A model generated the notes under the pieces. The model saw only the letters and a program-made list of their open reading frames with translations. It was not told the origin of the DNA and made no database searches. A DNA stretch of 16,000 nucleotides. Origin: Takakia lepidozioides (lineage: Eukaryota > Plantae > Bryophyta). Shown one piece after another: positions 9,872-16,000 of the stretch. The stretch spans positions 1 to 16,000 of the forward strand of contig JAKLZA010000241.1 of NCBI GenBank assembly GCA_030704615.1, given 5' to 3'. Each line of letters opens with the position of its first letter. Positions within the stretch are counted from its first letter, which is position 1. Position numbers and translations under genes: made by a program.

Positions 9872-11451
9872 ACGGAAATACGGCGCCGCATTTCCGTATT
9901 GCTTCTTGGTCATGCACCAGAGCGACGGAAATGCGGCACCCAGTTTCCGTCCAGGGGAAACCTTTATACTCTCCAGAACGGAAATGCGGTAACACATTTC
10001 CATCCAGCAAGCACGGTATGTGAAGGTGGAACGGAAATGCGGTACCGCATTTCCGTTCTGATTGAGAATTATGAACAACGGGAACAGAAATGCGGCACCG
10101 CATTTCCGTCCGAGTCGCACTTTTCCGACATTCCAGAACGGAAATGCGGCGCCGCATTTCCATTTTGTATCTGATGCATGGAGCTGAGGGATAGAAATGC
10201 TGCTGCAACACATTTCCGTCCTTAAAAGACATTCATACTCTCCATAACGGAAATGCGGTACCGCATTTCCATCCAACAAGCACGGTATGTGAAGGTGGAA
10301 CGGAAATGCGGTACCGCATTTCCGTTCTGATTGAGAATTATGAACAACGGGAACAGAAATGCGGCACCGCATTTCTGTCGAGTCGCACTTTCCGACATTC
10401 CAGAACGGAAATGCGGCGCCGCATTTCCATTTTGTATCTGATGCATGGAGCCGAGTGCGATTCCGACCGCTTGAGACAGCGCAATTCCGACCGCTTGAGA
10501 CATTCATACTATCCAGAACGGAAATGCGGTACCGCATTTCCGTTCTGACTGAAAATCGTGAACCATCGGAACTGAAATGCGGCAGCGCATTTCCATCCGA
10601 GTCGCACCTCCCAACATTCCAGAACGGAAATGCGGCACCGCATTTCCGTTCTGATGAAATATCCTGAAACATCGGAACTGAAATGCGGTACCGCATTTCC
10701 GTCGGAGTCGCACCTTCCGACATTCCAAAACGGAAATGCGGCGCCGCATTTCCGTTTTGTATGTGAGGCATGGAGCTGTGGAACGAAAATGCGGCACAGC
10801 ATTTCCGCCAGCGTCAGACGTTAATACTCTACAGAACGGAAATGCGGTACCGCATTTCCGTTCTGACTGAAAATCGTGCGCAACGGGAACAGAAATGCGG
10901 CACCGCATTTCCGTCCGAGTCGCACCTTCCGACATTCTAGAACGGAAATGCGGCGCCGCATTTCCGTTTTGTATATGGGGCCTGGAGCTGTGCTACGGAA
11001 ATGTGTTGCCGCATTTCCATCCATGTGAGACCTTCAAACTTTCCAGACCGGAAATGCGGCACCGCATTTCTGTCCAGGTGAGACCTCTATACTTTCCCGA
11101 ACGGAAATGTGGCACGGCATTTCCGTTCATCAACTAACGTATGTGAAGGGGGAACGGAAATGCGGTACCGCATTTCCGTTCACATTGAAAATCATGAACC
11201 ACGGGAACTGAAATGTTGTGCCTCATTTCCGTCCGAATCGCACCTTTCGACATTCCAGAACGGAAATGCGGCGCCGCATTTCCCTTTTGTATCTCATACA
11301 TGGAGCTGTGGGACGGAAATGCGGCACCGTATTTCCGTTCAACAACTAAGGTATGTGAAGGTGGAACGGAAATGCGGTGCCGCATTTTCTTCCAACAAGT
11401 ACGGATGTGTAGCTTCGTGATGGTACTTAACGGAAATGCGGCGCCGCATTC
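9872..11451. repeat. Array of about 30 26-bp palindromes (ACGGAAATGCGGYRCCGCATTTCCGT) with 27-bp spacers, 53-bp period, 5-unit higher-order structure
   Basis: Unit starts at 9872, 9925, 9978, 10031, 10084, 10138, 10191, 10247, 10300, 10353, 10405, then one disrupted unit, then exactly every 53 bp from 10518 to 11366, and 11430. Spacers fall into five recurring classes. Confidence 0.97.
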
Positions 11452-11719
11452 GCATTTTCACTCCAACTCATCAGACGCTGGGACGGAAATGCCTTGAAAT
11501 GTGAACACGTGGAGCAACGGAATTGCTGCACATGTCGGCACTCTATCTGACTGAAGGGGCATGAGGCGGCGCGGCCTGACCGTTGGATAATGATGTTTGT
11601 TTTTCGGACGGCAGGCGTACCCTGAACGATTCGAATTTCGTAATGACGCAAACTCCACGAGGAGACACTTTCGTCCAACCCTTTCGAACCCAAGTGGTGC
11701 ATCACCGCCGTTTCATCTA

Positions 11720-11805
11720 CTTTTGTCGTGTCTCCTCAGTCACCCCTCTCGCGCCCTTTCCATCTGCACTCTTTGCCCCTTTTCCCTCTCTCTGTTCTTC
11801 TTATG
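11720..11805 (+). promoter_or_regulatory. CT-rich tract (Y-patch/5' UTR-like) upstream of the plus-strand gene
   Basis: Strongly pyrimidine-biased stretch (e.g. CTCTTTGCCCCTTTTCCCTCTCTCTGTTCTTC) about 90-170 nt upstream of ATG 11890. Confidence 0.35.
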
Positions 11806-11889
11806 CTCGAACCTGAGAGGGGGGGAGTTCGTGCACCAGACAGGAGACCTCGTCGCAAGCTCCGGAAATTATACTTCGGACGTAGGCCA

Positions 11890-14800
11890 ATGCCGAAGGG
11901 GAGGAAGCAGATGCGTCTACAGGAGGAGATTGCCATCTCCGAGCAGCAGGCCACTCAGGCAACCCAGCCACCAGTGAGAGCTCCATGCGATCGGGCTGCG
12001 CGCAGCTGATCGAGCACCGAACCCCCCATTTTGCTTCTGTAATTCTTAGACTGAATGCTAGGAGACTTGAATGCAGAACATGTTTGCATGCCTAACAGGA
12101 AAGGTGGACGTGCTGGAGGGATCGCAGGAATCCGAAGAGCCGCAGGAAGAGTCCGAGGAGCTAGCTGCAGCACGTACACCCACCCGATCCCCGAGCGCGG
12201 GTATTCCTGCCGGGCCTAGCCCTGTGCGATTCAAAGACGCGGCTTCGAAGGGCAAGTTCAAAGCCCCAGAGATCGACTCGCGTTCTTCGGTCATGGAGAA
12301 TCGCCAGCAGGGGTCGGGCCCTTCTCCAGCAAAGTCGAAGAAGAAGCAGCCCGTCCCTCTACTGGCTTCTGAACCGGCTCAGGCCGATTCACCCCCCCAA
12401 CGCGAATGAAGCAGCAGGGTAAAAGACAGATTCAATTGCAGCAGACACCTTCACCTGCAAGGATGAGGAAGCAGAAGGCAATCAGGGCGACGGCCGAACA
12501 ATCTCCCGCAAAACCGCTTCCACGAGCTGAAGCTCAGTTCCTGGAGGATTTCCCGCCTGCAGATGTTGGGGCCGACTCTGCTGCAGCGAAGGCAATGGGA
12601 TCGACCGTTTTTCTCGATTTGGTACCGGAGGAGGGTGCTGCCGCTGAACGTTCGCAGCAAGACCTCACCACCGATGAGCAAGCAGGCCCGGAGGAGGCCT
12701 CTGCAATGGCAGAATTGCCCGCAGACAGGCCCCAGAGTGCAGCTCCAGTTGAGGATGCTCCAGCTGCTCAGCCACTACCGGCACCTACAGACATGTCTCC
12801 GGAGGATTTCAAAAGTGCAGCGGATAAAATGTTGGAGGAGACACACAGTAGCATTGGCAGAGTTCTGGGCAGCAGGGTATTCCAGCGGACTCTTCGAATC
12901 CCACTCTGTCGCATGGTCTCCCTTCCCATCGTCAGGCAGGCCCTTCCCGGAGATGTGGATAAGCTCAAGTTCGCATTTCGAGAAGGGTACCGTCTGGGAT
13001 CGGCAGCGTTTTACGTTTCCATTGAGAATGAGGACGGCGAAACTCGTGGACCCACTGCCGATGAATTGTCAACGTGGGATACCCACTGGCACACTCGCAA
13101 CGACGAATTCGAGGCGACGCTGAAGGGTGATCCAGACTTCGGCCATATGTCGGGTAAAATGTTCTTTGTGTGGGACGGGAATCACCGACTTCTCGCCTGG
13201 TGGGAGTACATCAAGCAGAACCATGCCAAGCACATTGGCTGGCATTACATGGTGGAGTGTGTCATCCTCAAGGTGAAGGCGGCAGACTCCTCCCTGCTCA
13301 AGAATGCCATGGCGGACCTCAACTCGTAAGATACTCATACCCTCCCTAGCACGTTCGAAATGCGGTGCCGCATTTCGGTTTCCATTCTGGTTTGTTTCCG
13401 TGCTTCCGTGTACTGAACTGGAGAGTGTGCCTTGCAGGGTCACTGAGAATGCGTACGTGCATACCCACATGGCACATATGCTGTACAGGGTGAGGAAAAC
13501 TGGTCTCACTGATCCGCAGATGTTTGCGGAAATGCTGGAGCCCGAGCTCATTCAGAAAGCCGTTGCAAAAACAGACCGGACATGGTATCGTCTCACTATG
13601 GATGGAATGGTGGAGGTGATATACGAAGTAAGTCGTCCTCCAATTTCCCTCTGCTCATCCTTCCCCAATTTCCAGTAATCTTTCCACATGAATCGAATGT
13701 AACGCTTCTGCATGTTTTTGTTGGCAGTCAAACATCAAGCTGGATTTGGCCCATGCCAAACGCTTCTTCATGGAAAGTGAGGGGCAGGTCAAAACGTTGC
13801 AGTCATTGACTGAGCACTTGAAGGAAGCCGGTGTCAAGTCCAGAACCAAATACAAGTCAAAGCTTGTGAAGCTGGTGGCAATTGCAGATCCGGCACTTGG
13901 AAAGGACTTCATCCCCGAGATTGCAAAACACTATTCTCGGGCCATGCAGCCGACCATGCAATTGGAGAAACTGCATCACCTCTCAACGGCATGTGTGGAG
14001 GCGAAAGAGAAGGTGAGGTTTCAATGCACTGAAGTTCCTTCCTAGCAATAGCCACTCTCTTCCAGCTCCTGACATTGGATCGGAAATGGCAGACACGGTG
14101 GCTGTCGATCTGGAATGCATCCGAGAGCATAAGGACAATGTGGTCTTTTCCACTGGAAGTTTCCGACCCTGCAGTGGATGTGTGGCTCAACCGTATGACT
14201 TGGTGGTTCCAGGTAATTCAAGGTACTTCCCCAGATTTGCTTTTCTGAAATGAATTCCCTGAACTGCTACGTGACAATGCATTTGGGAATCGCAGGTAAT
14301 GTCGAATGCGAAGGAGCAAGTCGTAATGCACACAAATTCGTTCGGCTTGTACGTCAAATGGGATGGAACACAGACATTGGAAGACTACGTGACACGTTTC
14401 AGATGTGCGTACAAGGACAACCTTTTCGCCAGAGAGCTACAGACAGCAAGAAGGAGCGTGGAGTTTACACATCAGGAGGGAGCGGGGAAAGCTGCAATGC
14501 GAATTGTTTACAGGTGAAGCACAGCTGCCCTTGTATGCGAAGCCTGGTTACGAGGTTTGTCTCGGAAATGCGGCACCGCATTCGCATTTTATGTTTTCGG
14601 TGGCACTCTGCGAGTAGGTTGGTCTCAACTTTTGCTCACGCATGCTGACTGCCTTGCAGGTATATGAAATACGTGCTCCTTCAGACAGGGGCCCTGGCTC
14701 AAGAGCCCCCGTTCTTCATGGCTTGGACCGTGGCGGGCCCAAGCTGTGTCTACACACCCGAGATGCAGAAACAATGGCATCCCGCGCATCTCGTTGGATG

Positions 14801-16000
14801 CCCGTGGTACCTGGACATGTCTGGCGGTATTGTTGACGAGTCTGAGAAAGATCTGCACGCCTTGGCAGAAGAGAAGAGAAAGGAAAGACGTGTCCCTGCT
14901 GGGCCAAAGTCGGCAAAGGAATCTGCTGCTCTGGAAGAATCCAGAAAGGCAGCTGAGATGGCACAAAAGACGGTGGATGCAGCTGTGCAGGCCCAACAGA
15001 AGGGGTCGAAGAAGAGGACTCGCCAGCAAGGAGCAGCTGTTGTGACACCCGCCAAAACGAAGAAGCAGAAACAGCCTGTTCAGGAAGAGGGTGAGGAAGA
15101 GGACTCCGATGGAGACTTTGCAACCAGCCCACCCCCCCAAACGCAGGCTGCCTCCCCTGTGCCCACCGTTGTCACGAGAGGCACGAGAACTGGCTCGGCA
15201 AAGAAGGCACTCTTCAACCCCCCAGGGGGGCACCCTTTCGAGCCGGTGGAAATGAAGAGGCCGAAAGTGGCTCCTAAACAGTAGTCCGTGTGTAAATGAG
15301 AGTTTCTTGGCGGCTTTGGATGGACGGGCAGCCAAGTTGGCATACATGAAGACCATGGAGGGTCTGAAGGGCAGAGCACTGAAGAAGGCGACTGCCGAAG
15401 AGCCTTCCGACACCCCAGGATTTCAGAATATGGTCTCGTTCTTTGAGAGGGTGTGTGCAGACAAGGATTGTAGGAGGGGCGGAAATGCCACCGAGTGGTC
15501 TTGCGATATGATCATCTTGGATATTCCGGACGGAGAGCCTGTGGAAGGACTGCAAGCTTTGCCATCTTGGAACAGGTACTCGGAGGACTTTTGGAAGAAA
15601 GGATTCGGGCTTGCCCGCATGGTGTTGGACGACAGAGGCTGTGTGGTTGTCCTGGCGAGCAGAGGAAAAAACACTCAGACAGGAATTGTGAAGTGGACCC
15701 GCAAGAGCGCCGTCCCGATTCTGAAAAAGAAGTGGACGTACATCAACACATTGGGCCTTCGGTCGGAAGGGAAGAAGGTCATTACGACACTGGCACTCGT
15801 CCATTCATTTGCTTGGGTGTTTTCAAATGCGGTGCCGCATTCGGTTTCTAATCGTTCCCCCCTGTGTATGCAGACGAAGCAGTTCGATGCATACTGCTTT
15901 GTGAAGGAGAACTCCACCTTTGCTTTCCGGAAGGAGGGAGGAAAGGTTGACCCGAACTGCGACCCCCTCGATTACGACGTTCTGTTCAACAACGTTCCCA
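11890..16000 (+). CDS. Multi-exon gene (possibly pseudogene): disordered N-terminus, ParB/Srx-like domain, helical region, low-complexity linker, putative DNA amino-methyltransferase domain; 3' end outside the window
   Basis: Phase-consistent GT-AG model with exons 11890-11973, 12077-13325, 13438-13627, 13728-14012, 14093-14212, 14296-14513, 14660-15777 and 15874->16000. It needs two frameshifts: the C7 run at 12392-12398 and one at about 15256-15284. The frame from 15256 stays open to the window end and is missing from the ORF track because it has no stop. The first and last introns are less certain. Confidence 0.72.
12886..13323 (+). other. ParB/sulfiredoxin-like N-terminal domain
   Basis: RIPLCRMV..VRQ..DVDKLKFAFREGY....FFVWDGNHRLLAW....VECVIL....AMADLN follows the ParB/Srx pattern: I(P)l..l, R, v..L..s...G, hhhDGxHRh.A, v.c.v, N. 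DGNHR is at 13174-13188. Confidence 0.7.
13356..13377. repeat. Solo array palindrome in intron 13326-13437
   Basis: CGAAATGCGGTGCCGCATTTCG. Confidence 0.85.
14563..14590. repeat. Solo array palindrome in intron 14514-14659
   Basis: CGGAAATGCGGCACCGCATTCGCATTTT; same ...CATTCGCATTTT variant tail as the last array unit at 11430. Confidence 0.85.
15490..16000 (+). other. Putative beta-class N4-cytosine/N6-adenine DNA methyltransferase-like domain, N-terminal half
   Basis: CDMIILDIPDG (15502-15534) resembles motif IV (DLIxxDPPYG). It is followed by W....EDFWKKGFGLARMVLDDRGCVVVL, resembling ..rvLk.gG.h.h (motifs V-VI). Motif I is not in the window. Confidence 0.5.
15825..15841. repeat. Solo array palindrome core in putative intron 15778-15873
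   Basis: AAATGCGGTGCCGCATT inside a 96-nt GT..TGCAG segment. Confidence 0.75.

Larger units (their letters stand above)
5579..16000. mobile_element. Large Mutator-like (MULE superfamily) element with a divergent cargo gene; ends not defined
   Basis: A DDE transposase, a central palindrome array and a second gene share one palindromic motif from 5579 to 15841, which suggests a single unit. No TIR pair or TSD can be shown inside the window. Confidence 0.6.

Noticed and set aside
9872-11451. CRISPR array
   Set aside because: Spacers recur in five classes instead of being unique, the repeat is a near-perfect loopless palindrome, no cas genes are present, and the context is intron-containing eukaryotic DNA.
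9735-11497. Many ORFs on both strands (e.g. 329 aa at 9782-10771)
   Set aside because: They are translations of the repeat (KCGAAFPF, GNAAPHFR, TEMRHRISV in rotating frames). The 53-bp period is not a multiple of three.
14066-14092. Alternative acceptor at 14065 for exon 5
   Set aside because: It is in frame but gives a 53-nt intron. The AG ending at 14092 has a CTGAC branch-like motif about 20 nt upstream and gives 80 nt, so it was preferred; this is not proven.
14625-15804. Minus-strand ORFs of 262 aa and 176 aa
   Set aside because: Antisense shadows of the plus-strand coding exon, with no recognisable motifs.
11890-16000. Bacterial or phage contamination explaining the ParB/MTase-like gene
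   Set aside because: The gene is split by several phase-consistent spliceosomal introns and shares a motif with the neighbouring eukaryotic transposase region.

Overview
Eukaryotic DNA with GT-AG introns, probably from a plant; a non-seed lineage is a guess. The window is almost entirely transposon-derived. 1-4067 is the 3' part of a CACTA (En/Spm) element: a Tnp2-type transposase C-terminus, subterminal repeats and a terminal TAGTG at 4063-4067. 4068-5277 holds a GC-rich hairpin-dense patch, an orphan SWIM zinc-finger fragment and a small inverted-repeat-bounded unit. 5852->16000 is the unusual part, with two divergent genes. One is a minus-strand Mutator-like DDE transposase with a GCM/WRKY-like zinc domain and a SWIM finger. 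The other is a plus-strand 8-exon gene with a ParB/sulfiredoxin-like domain (DGNHR) and, further on, a region resembling a beta-class N4C/N6A DNA amino-methyltransferase, running off the window. Between them lie about 30 copies of a 26-bp palindrome (ACGGAAATGCGGYRCCGCATTTCCGT) at a 53-bp period. Solo copies of the palindrome occur in three introns and downstream of the transposase. All three genes carry one or two lesions. Domain calls come from motif recognition by eye, not from searches.
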